This document shows, one piece after another, positions 40,166 through 49,289 of a stretch of DNA of 64,000 bases. The DNA lies in the NCBI RefSeq assembly GCF_000733935.1, contig NZ_JPON01000001.1, forward strand, positions 3,482,623 to 3,546,622, read 5' to 3'. The notes below the pieces were generated by a model. The model saw nothing but the letters and a program-made list of their open reading frames with translations. It was not told the origin of the DNA and did not search any database. Within the stretch, counting starts at the first letter, position 1. Each line of letters opens with the position of its first letter. The position numbers and the translations under genes are program-made. This stretch comes from Methylomarinum vadi. Its GTDB lineage: Bacteria > Pseudomonadota > Gammaproteobacteria > Methylococcales > Methylomonadaceae.

Positions 40166-41910
40166 GGAGGGCGTCGTAAAACCCCAATTTCTTTGATTTA
40201 CCACTGGAAACCGGCCGTATTTTCCACGGTCGGCGAAGTTGGCAAGTCAGTAGTGTAACTCAGCCAAATGTCGACCATTCGGTCAAACGAGCTCATAAAC
40301 CGGCTAAGCCAATGATATAAAGCACGAAAAAGAGCTGCCACTAAGGCGCGGCTCAGATTGTAAGCCATGGCGTGCAAGGCGAACTCTACTTTGACACCCG
40401 CCAAACCTTTACGGCGAAAGCGATTCAAGCCTTGGCGACCGCGTAGCTGACTGAAGACTGGCTCCACCATGGCCTGCCGCTGCCGATAGCGTTGCCGAGG
40501 TTCGGGCTGGGCCATTTTCAGGCGCAGGGCTTCTTTTTGGGTATCGCTGTCATAGCGTTTGAGGGTGCGACCGCTTTCGCTACGCGTGCATTGGGATTTC
40601 AGCGGACAGTCTGAACAGGCATCGCAGGCGTAGACGGTATAAGCATGGCCACTTTTACCGCCTTTGCAGGTGTGACGGCGAGTCAAGCGTTGTTGCCCCG
40701 GACAGCGATAAGTGTCGTCGTCGGCCTGATAAATAAAGCGGCTTTTGGGGATTTGTTTGTTGGATTGTTTGTTCCAATCGTCTCCTTCACTTTGGCCTTC
40801 CGGACAAAGCAATTCGATGTTGTGTTGCTCAGCAGTATCCAAGACGCCATTGCTGAAATAGCCAGCATCGAACAGAGCTGTTTCGACGCCTCCCAGGGCT
40901 TGGGCGCGATCCAGTAAGCCCGGCACCACCTCGGTTTCACTGGAAGGATGAACGTCGCAAGCCACGATCACTCGATTGTCGTTCGCCAATACCGACGGTT
41001 TATAACTGCTGCGAAAGTCTTTGGAGTTCTTTTGCGGCTGTAATACCGCCTCCGGCTCGTTGCTTTGTACTTGGGTCTTGGCCGGATCTTTGCCTTTGGC
41101 GGCTTGTTTTTGCTGGCGAGACTTTAGCTCGGCTTGGGCTTGTTCCAGACCGTTCATACGCTTAGTCGCAGCCGCATCGTTTGGGTTGGCTTGCGCGGCT
41201 TCCTTCGCTTGCGCCAAGGCTTGGTTGAGCGCTTCTTCCTTCATCAATCGAAACCGGGAGGACATGGCTTCGATCACGGTACCGTCACCCGCCAACGCCG
41301 TCGTGCCGGAGCCGGTGACTTTCAAAGTACGACGCGTTAGTTGATCGAAAAATTCGGTCGTCAATGAGTCGGCATGCTGATGGACGAAACGGCCAATGAC
41401 GGAGTGATCCGGCATGATACCGCCACTTAGCCACCAACACCCCACATCGGCTCGAGCTAAACGCTCCAAGTCGCGCAGGCTGCTGATGCCTTGTAACAGG
41501 CCGTAGAGAATGATCCCCACCATCGCACATGGCGCATACGGCGGACGCCCGCCGGGCCGATAACGGGCTTCGAACTCGGCGAAGGATAGCGATTGCAAGA
41601 AGGGGCGCAATTTCAACGGGATGGTTAAGCCGGCGTGCTCCAGATGTTCGCCGAGCGGTTTACCGTTGATCGATAAGCCGCGCGGGTCGGGCGCTTCAAA
41701 ACGGGCCATCGGTTCGCTTGAGATCGATTGAGCGATCAACTCAGGTAACGGTTCAACCTCGCATTCATCGAATAGCGAATATTGCTTGGCGCTATACAAT
41801 GTCTTGACGGGTCTAATGTTCGCTTCGGCTGCCATTGATCTATTTCTAATAGGTTTGGACAGGGTTATTTTACCGTATGTAGCTGGTTGGGGGGCTTTTA
41901 CGACAGCCTC
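40166..41910 (-). mobile_element. IS1182-family insertion sequence, copy 2, 1745 bp, 4-bp TSD CTCT, inverted relative to copy 1
   Basis: Same TIRs as copy 1; ctct on both flanks; inserted between the STAS gene and the ABC ATPase gene. Confidence 0.8.
40198..41835 (-). CDS. IS1182-family DDE transposase (copy 2). It has scattered substitutions relative to copy 1, so the copies are not identical.
   Basis: 545-aa protein collinear with 7216..8853; differences include MARFEAPD vs MAHFEAPD and PCAMVG vs PRAMVG. Confidence 0.85.
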   Translation of the reverse strand: MAAEANIRPVKTLYSAKQYSLFDECEVEPLPELIAQSISSEPMARFEAPDPRGLSINGKPLGEHLEHAGLTIPLKLRPFLQSLSFAEFEARYRPGGRPPYAPCAMVGIILYGLLQGISSLRDLERLARADVGCWWLSGGIMPDHSVIGRFVHQHADSLTTEFFDQLTRRTLKVTGSGTTALAGDGTVIEAMSSRFRLMKEEALNQALAQAKEAAQANPNDAAATKRMNGLEQAQAELKSRQQKQAAKGKDPAKTQVQSNEPEAVLQPQKNSKDFRSSYKPSVLANDNRVIVACDVHPSSETEVVPGLLDRAQALGGVETALFDAGYFSNGVLDTAEQHNIELLCPEGQSEGDDWNKQSNKQIPKSRFIYQADDDTYRCPGQQRLTRRHTCKGGKSGHAYTVYACDACSDCPLKSQCTRSESGRTLKRYDSDTQKEALRLKMAQPEPRQRYRQRQAMVEPVFSQLRGRQGLNRFRRKGLAGVKVEFALHAMAYNLSRALVAALFRALYHWLSRFMSSFDRMVDIWLSYTTDLPTSPTVENTAGFQW

Positions 41911-41956
41911 CTCTGGGAGAGGGCCGGGGAGAGGGAACGATCAAGCGCCATGATCG

Positions 41957-43045
41957 TTAGGCCTTAAGCAGCAATTGTAATCGGTTTTTGCCGTCGATCC
42001 ACCGATATTCGATGCTTTCGGTCAAATTCTTAATAATCATCAAGCCCAGGTCATCGCTTATACTCGGACTTTCGAGCGGATTGCCTTCCTCTCCGTTACT
42101 TTCGCAGATGATTTCGAGGCGTTCGTTCTTTTCCGAATAGGCGATGGTCATATCCAGAACGATCGTGCGCAGATAAGGGTTATAGATTTGCAGTAATTCC
42201 TCGACCAATAGCAGCAAATTGTATCGGGTTTTCTTGGGCAGGATCTGCTTTTCACAAAAGGCCTCGATTTCCGCATTCATCGCATACAAATCGTAATCTG
42301 GAGAATTGATGCGGCAGGTGTAGCTGCGCACCCGGTTGATGAAAGCCCGGGTCTTTTCCTTGAGCGGATTCTCGAAAAGCTGTTCCGGGGGCCCCTCTTC
42401 GTAGATGATCCCCTCGTCCATATACAATATTCGGTTCGATACATCGCGGGCGAAATCCATTTCATGGGTGACGATCGCCATCGTCATGCCTTCCTTGGCG
42501 AGGCGGCGGATGACCGAGAGCACCTCCCTGACCATGGTCGGGTCCAGCGCCGACGTCGGCTCGTCGAACAGAATGATTTCCGGGTCCATGGCGAGACAAC
42601 GAGCAATGGCCACGCGTTGTTGCTGGCCGCCGGAAAGTTCATCCGGATAACTGCCGGCCTTTTCCGCCAGCCCCACCAAACGCAACAATTCAAGCGCCTT
42701 GATCTTGGCGTTTTGCTCGCCGATGCCTTTAAGCCTGATCGGTGCGATGGTGAGGTTTTCCAGCACCGACAGGTGGGAAAACAGATTGAATGATTGAAAT
42801 ACCATGTTCATCTTTTGGCGTATTTCGGCGACATTGGTCTTCTTATCCAGAATATCCACGCCGTTTATTCGGATAGAGCCGCCGCTCGGAAGTTCGAGCA
42901 GGTTCAGGCAGCGCAGCAGGGTGCTCTTGCCGGTGCCGGAAGGTCCGATGATCGAGACGACTTCCCCGGTTTTTATTTCGGTGGTAATGTCCTTCAGCAC
43001 GACCAGGTCGCCGAATTTCTTGGACAGATGGTCGATTTTGATCAT
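41957..43045 (-). CDS. Polar amino-acid ABC transporter ATP-binding protein (GlnQ-like) with a ~110-aa C-terminal RsbW-like (degenerate HATPase_c_2) extension
   Basis: Walker A GPSGTGKST, signature LSGGQQQR, Walker B ILFDEPTSALD. The C-terminal segment (LLLLVEELLQIY...RLEIICESNGEEGNP...DLGLMIIKNLTESIEYR) aligns with the RsbW N- and G-boxes. Confidence 0.75.
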   Translation of the reverse strand: MIKIDHLSKKFGDLVVLKDITTEIKTGEVVSIIGPSGTGKSTLLRCLNLLELPSGGSIRINGVDILDKKTNVAEIRQKMNMVFQSFNLFSHLSVLENLTIAPIRLKGIGEQNAKIKALELLRLVGLAEKAGSYPDELSGGQQQRVAIARCLAMDPEIILFDEPTSALDPTMVREVLSVIRRLAKEGMTMAIVTHEMDFARDVSNRILYMDEGIIYEEGPPEQLFENPLKEKTRAFINRVRSYTCRINSPDYDLYAMNAEIEAFCEKQILPKKTRYNLLLLVEELLQIYNPYLRTIVLDMTIAYSEKNERLEIICESNGEEGNPLESPSISDDLGLMIIKNLTESIEYRWIDGKNRLQLLLKA

Positions 43046-46026
43046 GACTGGGCTCCTTTACGCCGTTTGTATTTCGGATCGGTAATTCGTTCCAGGTATT
43101 CCAATGACAGCATCAGCACCCAGGCGATCACGAAGTACAGAATCGCCACCATGATCAACGGAAAAAAGGCGTCGAAGGTGCGGGCGCGGATGATATCGCT
43201 GGCCTTGGTCAAATCCTGCACCGCGATGTAGCCGACGATAGACGTCATCTTGACCAAGGAAATGAATTCGCCCTTGTACACCGGCAAGATGCGCTGCACG
43301 GCCTGCGGCAGCACGATGAAGATAAAGGTTTGTAGCTTCGTGAAGCCCATCGCGATACCGGCTTCGGTCTGGCCCTTGTCGATGCTTTCGATGCCGGTGC
43401 GGAACATTTCCGAAACATAGGCGCCGAAATTCAGGCCGAAGGCGATGATGGCGACCAGCACCGGACTGATATTGACCGACGCGAACACGACATAGAAGAT
43501 CAGCATCAACAGCACCAGTACCGGCATGCCGCGCAGGAGGTTGATATAGATTTTGGCGGGCAAGTTCAAAACCGGGCGTTTCGACATCCTCATGAAACAG
43601 ACCAAGGCGCCGGTCAGCGTCCCGAACAGCGTCGCAAAGATCGAAATGACGACGGTGGTCTTCAGTCCGTCCCAGATCAATAAGTAGCGTTGCTCATGGA
43701 TGATGTTGCTGTAAAAACTGTTGGCGATGCGGGTAAGGAAGGATGAGGATGCCGTCGTGCTATCGGATGGGCTGTCGTAGGCCGCCAGATTTTTTTTCAA
43801 CGCGAAGACGCTGGCCTTCAATTCGAAGTAAGGCTCGGAAAAATCGATCCGGGTCTTGCGTTCGTCGGTGATCATCAGCGTGCTGTCGATCATGTCGATC
43901 TTGCCGGCTGAGACGGCGGCGATCAGGTTGCCGAATTCCATGTCGGCGTATTTGACTTTTTTACCGATATAGGCTCCGAAGCGCTCGGCCAATTCGATAT
44001 CGAAACCGATCAGTTCGTTGTTTTGAATGACGGCGAAAGGCAGTCCCTTATCGCTGACGATGCCGACTATCAGCACGCCATTGCTACCCGCATTGGCGAT
44101 CTCGGGCATTATGCTGTTACCTTGTTCGATCCAGCGATCCACGACATCATTCAACACGCCGTTCGCTTGAATTTGTTTCAGGAAGGCGTTGAATTGTTCG
44201 CGCAAGACGTCGTTGTTTTGGTTGAAACCCATGCCGACCGGAATGGACAGCACCGGCTCGCCCAATAAGGCTAATTCCTGGTCTTCGCGCAAGATCTGAA
44301 TCAAGTTCGCCCGGTTGTAAATGCCGGCATCGATCTTACCGGATCGGACCGCCAATACCAGGTCGGACGGCGATTTGTACTGCAGAATCTGGGCGTTCGG
44401 ATAATGTTCGGTCGCATAGGTATCATAGACCGACCCCAGCAGCACACCGATACGCTTGTCGCTTAAATCGGCGACCGTCATGAGTTTGTCGGTGACGACG
44501 TTTTTCTTCAGCGCGAAAACCCGCGTGCCCATCTTGAAGTAGGGATTGGAGAAGTCGATCTGTTTCTTTCTTTCCTCGGTGACATAGATAGAGCTGATAA
44601 TGATGTCGGCCTTGCTGGTGGACACCGCGGCGATCAAGCTGCCGAAATCCATATTATCGAATTTGATTTTTTTGCCGAGATAGGCCGCGAATCGCTCCGA
44701 CAATTCGATATCGAAGCCCACCCATTGGTTGTCTCGAAGCGCGACAAAAGGCATCCCCGCGTCACTGACGCCGACGACCAGAACGCCGTTGTTTTGGCTG
44801 TTTGCGATGACGGGCAATTGGATATCGCGTCTTTCCATCCAACGCCGCAGCATGTCGGCGTAGATGCCGTTTTGCTTGATTTGCGCCAGAAATTCATTGA
44901 AACGATTCCTGAGCTGTTGATTATCTTTCTTGAAACCGGCGGCTACATCGAAGTCGAATAGAGAGCCGCCCAACAGCGCGAAACTATCGTCATCACGCAT
45001 GATTTCGCGTAGCGGTTCGGCATCGTACAAAGCGACGTCTACCTTGCCGGTCTTGACCGCCAACGCGACATCCGCCGGCGACTTGTATTGCAGAATCGTC
45101 GCATCGGGGTAGTGTTTCGTCGCATAGGTGTCGTGCGCCGAACCCAGCAGCACGCCGATGCGCTTGTTTTCCAGGTCCGCGACCGAGGAAAGTTTTAGCG
45201 TTTGCATGATCAGTTTTTCCGGGTCGCCGGCGGAGCCGGTCGAGGGCGCTCGTTTAACCAGCATCACCTGCGCATTGGCGTAATACGGCTGGGTAAAATC
45301 GACGAATTGACTGCGTTCCTTGGTCGCCGTCATGCCGGTGACGATGATATCGACCTTGCCGGATTGCAGGGCGGGGATCAGCGCCATGAATTTCATGTTG
45401 TAAAATTCGACCGGCCGGTGAAGTTTGGCGCCGATAATTCGGGCGAACTCGCCGTCATGACCGCTGACCCTGCCGTTTTTGTCGACAAAACTGAACGGTT
45501 CCCGTGTCGCGCTGACCCCTATTTTGAGCGGCGTCCCCTCACTCGGGAGGGTGATGTTCAATTCTTCATAAGGGCTTAAATCCGGTTTGAACCAACGCTT
45601 TTTCATCGAGGCCAGGGTGCCGTCATTTTTCAGTTCGGTGATGATCCGGTTCAATGTCGCGAGCAACTCGTCATTGCCTTTTCTGACAGCGATCGCGGTA
45701 TTTTCGTGGTCGAGTGGTTCGGACAGCACGGTGAATTCCGGGTTCTTTTTCGACACCTGAAGCGCGGCGGGAAATGCCGTGACGATGGCATCCAATTGGC
45801 CGGATTTCAGCGCGGCGACGGCGTCCATGATATCGTCGAAACTTTTGACCTGAGCCTGTGGAAACCTGGCGAGCGTGATGGCTTCACCGGTCGACCCGGT
45901 CATGACCCCGATGCTTGCCTGTTTGGCATCATCGAGACGGGTGATGACGATGTCGTTTTTTCTGCAGCCGCTGACAAACGCAACGGTTGCCAGCAAGAAC
46001 AGCAAGATGGGTATTGCCTTTTTCAT
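43042..46026 (-). CDS. Fusion of three tandem periplasmic amino-acid-binding domains (SBP_bac_3) with a C-terminal ABC permease (GlnP-like SBD-SBD-SBD-TMD), lipoprotein signal
   Basis: 994 aa with three repeated ~230-aa SBD units and a C-terminal EAA-loop permease. The N-terminus LLATVAFVSGC is a lipobox. Overlaps the ATPase gene by 4 nt. Confidence 0.8.
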   Translation of the reverse strand: MKKAIPILLFLLATVAFVSGCRKNDIVITRLDDAKQASIGVMTGSTGEAITLARFPQAQVKSFDDIMDAVAALKSGQLDAIVTAFPAALQVSKKNPEFTVLSEPLDHENTAIAVRKGNDELLATLNRIITELKNDGTLASMKKRWFKPDLSPYEELNITLPSEGTPLKIGVSATREPFSFVDKNGRVSGHDGEFARIIGAKLHRPVEFYNMKFMALIPALQSGKVDIIVTGMTATKERSQFVDFTQPYYANAQVMLVKRAPSTGSAGDPEKLIMQTLKLSSVADLENKRIGVLLGSAHDTYATKHYPDATILQYKSPADVALAVKTGKVDVALYDAEPLREIMRDDDSFALLGGSLFDFDVAAGFKKDNQQLRNRFNEFLAQIKQNGIYADMLRRWMERRDIQLPVIANSQNNGVLVVGVSDAGMPFVALRDNQWVGFDIELSERFAAYLGKKIKFDNMDFGSLIAAVSTSKADIIISSIYVTEERKKQIDFSNPYFKMGTRVFALKKNVVTDKLMTVADLSDKRIGVLLGSVYDTYATEHYPNAQILQYKSPSDLVLAVRSGKIDAGIYNRANLIQILREDQELALLGEPVLSIPVGMGFNQNNDVLREQFNAFLKQIQANGVLNDVVDRWIEQGNSIMPEIANAGSNGVLIVGIVSDKGLPFAVIQNNELIGFDIELAERFGAYIGKKVKYADMEFGNLIAAVSAGKIDMIDSTLMITDERKTRIDFSEPYFELKASVFALKKNLAAYDSPSDSTTASSSFLTRIANSFYSNIIHEQRYLLIWDGLKTTVVISIFATLFGTLTGALVCFMRMSKRPVLNLPAKIYINLLRGMPVLVLLMLIFYVVFASVNISPVLVAIIAFGLNFGAYVSEMFRTGIESIDKGQTEAGIAMGFTKLQTFIFIVLPQAVQRILPVYKGEFISLVKMTSIVGYIAVQDLTKASDIIRARTFDAFFPLIMVAILYFVIAWVLMLSLEYLERITDPKYKRRKGAQS

Positions 46027-47744
46027 CTTTTCTCCTTGCCCATAGTGGCCGGCCGTTTCTTAGACATTTTTAGCGCCAACATCGTGATGTCGTCCGACTG
46101 GGAAGCCCCGTCGGCATGACGCGCCACTTCCAAACCGATGTTATGGACCATGTTCGTCACGTTTGTATCAGGGGCGGATTGCAACGCAGTCAGCAAGCGC
46201 TGTTCGCCAAAAAGTTCTTCCGATGGATTTTTTGCCTCGGTCACGCCATCGGTATAGAGAAACAGGATGCCTTCCTGTTCCAATTGGAGGTGCTCGGTCA
46301 CGAAGACGGTATCGTCCATCGCCCCCAGCATCAAGCCCGGCTTCGGCTTCAGGTATCGCGCGCGCCGCGAATCGATAATCAGCGGCGGGTTATGGCCGGC
46401 ATTTGAGAAGCGAACGTGTCCGCTGGTTATGTCGAGGATAGCGCAGAATACCGTCGTGAACATGCAGCTTTCGTTGTCCGCCGCGAGTATGGTGTTGACG
46501 GAAGAGAGGATCTTGGCCGGCTCCTTCAGCCGCTGGCCTTCGGTCTTCAGCAGGGTTTTTGCCACCATCATATACAAGGCCGCGGGAACGCCCTTGTCGG
46601 AAACGTCGGCAATCAGGAAGCAGAGATTGTTCTCGTCGATGAAAAAGAAGTCGTAGAAATCGCCGCCGACTTCTTTGGCGGGAACCATCGATGCGTAGAT
46701 TTCAAATTCGGGATGTTCGGGGAAGGGCGGAAAGATGCGAGGCAGCAGGCTTGCCTGAATATCGGTCGCGACCTTGAGCTCGCTCTGAATGCGTTCCTTC
46801 GCCGCGGTAGTTTCGGTCAGATTTTTGATGTACTCCTTCAAAGACTGTTCCATGACCTGGAAATCGTGGGTCAAAACGCTCACTTCGTCGTTCGTTTGCG
46901 GCATTGGCAAGGCCACGTCGAAGTTTCCTGTCGCGATTTCATCGGTCGCCGCAGTCAATCTTTGCAATGGTTTGATGATCGCCTTGGCAATGGAAATGAC
47001 CGCCAGAATTAGCAGTAAGATGCCGACGCCCCCCATCGTCGCCATGGTCATGCTCATTTTGCGGACATTTTCCAGTAGTTCTGTTTCGGGAAAGACGACG
47101 GCCAACGACCAGCCGGTAGAAGGGATCGGCGTGTAATACATCCAGCCGTTGATGCCGACCAAGCTGGTGTAATGGACGAAACCGGATTCGCCCCTGACCA
47201 TTTTCTTGCCGAGTTCCCGCAGCGAAGGGTCGTGGCGTTCCTCCGCAATGCTGAAAAAAGTTTCGTTCATGATGGCCTCCTGCAACGGGTGGGCCAGCAC
47301 CATGCCGTTGCGGGAAAACAGGGCCGCATAACCGGTCCTAAGGATTTTGACCGAGCTGATGTATTCGGTCAGAGCTTCGAGAGAAATGTCCGCGGTCACA
47401 ATACCCTGAAGTCGCTTTTCGCCATCGCCGTGCTTATAAAACGGCACCGAACAGGTCGACATCAGAATGTTGCCGGCGCCTTCGTCGAAATAGGGTTCGC
47501 TCCATTCGAGTTCGCCCAGCTCACGCGGAATTTGATACCAGTCCCAATACAGGTAAGGCAAGTGCTGGTAGGAAACTTCCAACCGTTCAAAGGCAATTAT
47601 CCCGTTCTTCCGGTAATAATAGGGCGCATAGAGACGCTCATCGGAGCTGAAGGCATAGGGCTCGAAGGCGACGGCCGAGCCGTATATCTCGGGATTGTCT
47701 GCGACGGTGGTTTCGATCAGAGACAGAAGCTGTCGTTCCTTCAA
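46023..47744 (-). CDS. Sensor Ser/Thr phosphatase: double-Cache-like periplasmic domain + TM + HAMP + PP2C/SpoIIE (RsbU-like)
   Basis: PP2C motifs GGDFYDFF, LIADVSDKGVPAALYM, TDGVTEA; a HAMP coil after the TM helix. Confidence 0.8.
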   Translation of the reverse strand: MKERQLLSLIETTVADNPEIYGSAVAFEPYAFSSDERLYAPYYYRKNGIIAFERLEVSYQHLPYLYWDWYQIPRELGELEWSEPYFDEGAGNILMSTCSVPFYKHGDGEKRLQGIVTADISLEALTEYISSVKILRTGYAALFSRNGMVLAHPLQEAIMNETFFSIAEERHDPSLRELGKKMVRGESGFVHYTSLVGINGWMYYTPIPSTGWSLAVVFPETELLENVRKMSMTMATMGGVGILLLILAVISIAKAIIKPLQRLTAATDEIATGNFDVALPMPQTNDEVSVLTHDFQVMEQSLKEYIKNLTETTAAKERIQSELKVATDIQASLLPRIFPPFPEHPEFEIYASMVPAKEVGGDFYDFFFIDENNLCFLIADVSDKGVPAALYMMVAKTLLKTEGQRLKEPAKILSSVNTILAADNESCMFTTVFCAILDITSGHVRFSNAGHNPPLIIDSRRARYLKPKPGLMLGAMDDTVFVTEHLQLEQEGILFLYTDGVTEAKNPSEELFGEQRLLTALQSAPDTNVTNMVHNIGLEVARHADGASQSDDITMLALKMSKKRPATMGKEKR

Positions 47745-47995
47745 GTTGACGATTTCAAGGGAACGCGCGACGTTTGAGGCACCTTGGCAACCGCCGTCAG
47801 CAGAGTCTCTATCCGATAGACTATCGACATGGCGAGGTTGCGCGCATTGCTTTCCAGTTCGTTTTGCAAAAGGGAACGCGACTGGTAATAGTTATAGCCG
47901 AGCGTCACAGAAAAAATCACGCTGCTGAACAGCGTGATGACCAGAACGAGCCGGACGACAATGCTACTTTTCCTCGCCATCGGCTCTCCAGGCAA
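47741..47995 (-). other. 84-aa ORF encoding a TM helix plus the start of a periplasmic domain. It overlaps the phosphatase gene start by ATGA and is probably the N-terminal segment of the same sensor, either frameshifted or genuinely split.
   Basis: A hydrophobic helix VVRLVLVITLFSSVIFSV is followed by Cache-like sequence. The phosphatase ORF lacks an N-terminal TM of its own. Confidence 0.35.
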
Positions 47996-48992
47996 AGTCG
48001 TTGTAATCCGGATAGTCGTCGATTAGACCCTGTTCTTGCATGGTCCGGCCTACGGCCACGTAATCCTGCTCCCGCAATTCGCCGAGTTTAGTCTGTGTGT
48101 CGGCGGGCATCATCAGGTCCCGCATCCGTTCCAGCATCCATCGCTGGTGAACACGGTTGGCGGGTAAATGAGCCTCATGCATGTAGTTGATGACGATATC
48201 CAGCGCTTCGTCGGGGTGAGCGAAGGCGTAGCGCCAGCCTTGCAACGAGGCTTCGACGAATGCCGCCGCCAGCTCCGGGTCGTGGGAAACGGTGTTTTGC
48301 AGCGCGTAGATGCCGTCTTCCAGAAGATTCATGCCCCGGTCTCTGAGGAAAAAGACGTTTAATTCCTCGGGATCGATGCCGGAATTGATAATCGTATGGT
48401 ACTCGTTGAACCACATCGCGGATGTCACGTCGATGCCTCCGCGCAGAAACAGATTGACGGTATGCGACTGACGCACCGCGTGAATCTTGATGTGGTGTCT
48501 GGCGAACAAGGCGCGAGGCGGAATGGAGACGTCTCCTTCCCATAAGCCTACCTTTTTGCCGTCCATGTCGGCAATGGTGTCGATTCCGGATGTCTTTTTC
48601 GCAATCAGCAGCATCGACGAGCGCTGATTGGTTTGAGCCAGGTTGACAAGCGGAATCCCGGCGGCACGATGCCGCAGGGCGGAAGTCAACCACAAAATGG
48701 CAAAGTCGGCGGCGCCTTTCTTCAGCGCGTCGACGGGAGAATGGCCGGGACCGGCCCGGAGAATCGTTAAATCGATGCCGTGCTTGGCATAGAGGCCTTT
48801 GTCGAACGCCACGTAATAGCCGGCGAACTGCGCCTGCGGCTCCCACAGCGGCATCAGGGTGGCTTTTTTGAGTGGACGCTCGGTCGAATAAATCGGTAGC
48901 GCAATAACCCACCATAGCAACAAACACATCACGGCGGTGAGTGAATATTTTCTTAATGGAGGGTGGCACTTAGGTGACATCGTATTCATCAC
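47964..48992 (-). CDS. Periplasmic NMT1/SsuA-like (nitrate/sulfonate/bicarbonate-type) substrate-binding-fold protein
   Basis: Signal/TM helix followed by the SsuA/THI5-like fold motif GYYVAFDKGLYAKHGIDL. Confidence 0.6.
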   Translation of the reverse strand: MMNTMSPKCHPPLRKYSLTAVMCLLLWWVIALPIYSTERPLKKATLMPLWEPQAQFAGYYVAFDKGLYAKHGIDLTILRAGPGHSPVDALKKGAADFAILWLTSALRHRAAGIPLVNLAQTNQRSSMLLIAKKTSGIDTIADMDGKKVGLWEGDVSIPPRALFARHHIKIHAVRQSHTVNLFLRGGIDVTSAMWFNEYHTIINSGIDPEELNVFFLRDRGMNLLEDGIYALQNTVSHDPELAAAFVEASLQGWRYAFAHPDEALDIVINYMHEAHLPANRVHQRWMLERMRDLMMPADTQTKLGELREQDYVAVGRTMQEQGLIDDYPDYNDFAWRADGEEK

Positions 48993-49289
48993 CGCTTAGG
49001 GTTGTCTTTTCGGGTAAGGGCGTCTCATTCACGATCCTCTTTACGATCAGCCACGCTAGTGGATTATAGTAATTTCTGTTGTATCAGGTTGGCAATCAAG
49101 ACGAGGAAGAAATAGCTGGCCCAATCTGAATGTTAATTGTCAGCTAGCTTTTTAAATTACATCGGTTTCGACTCTAACAGTAAATTGTTTTAATGAGCCA
49201 TAATGAACTGAGGAATGAAGATTACCGATTTAACAGAGGATAGATCTCTTCAGCTTTTTTGTTATGCTTAACCCCAAAAAATTACGATC

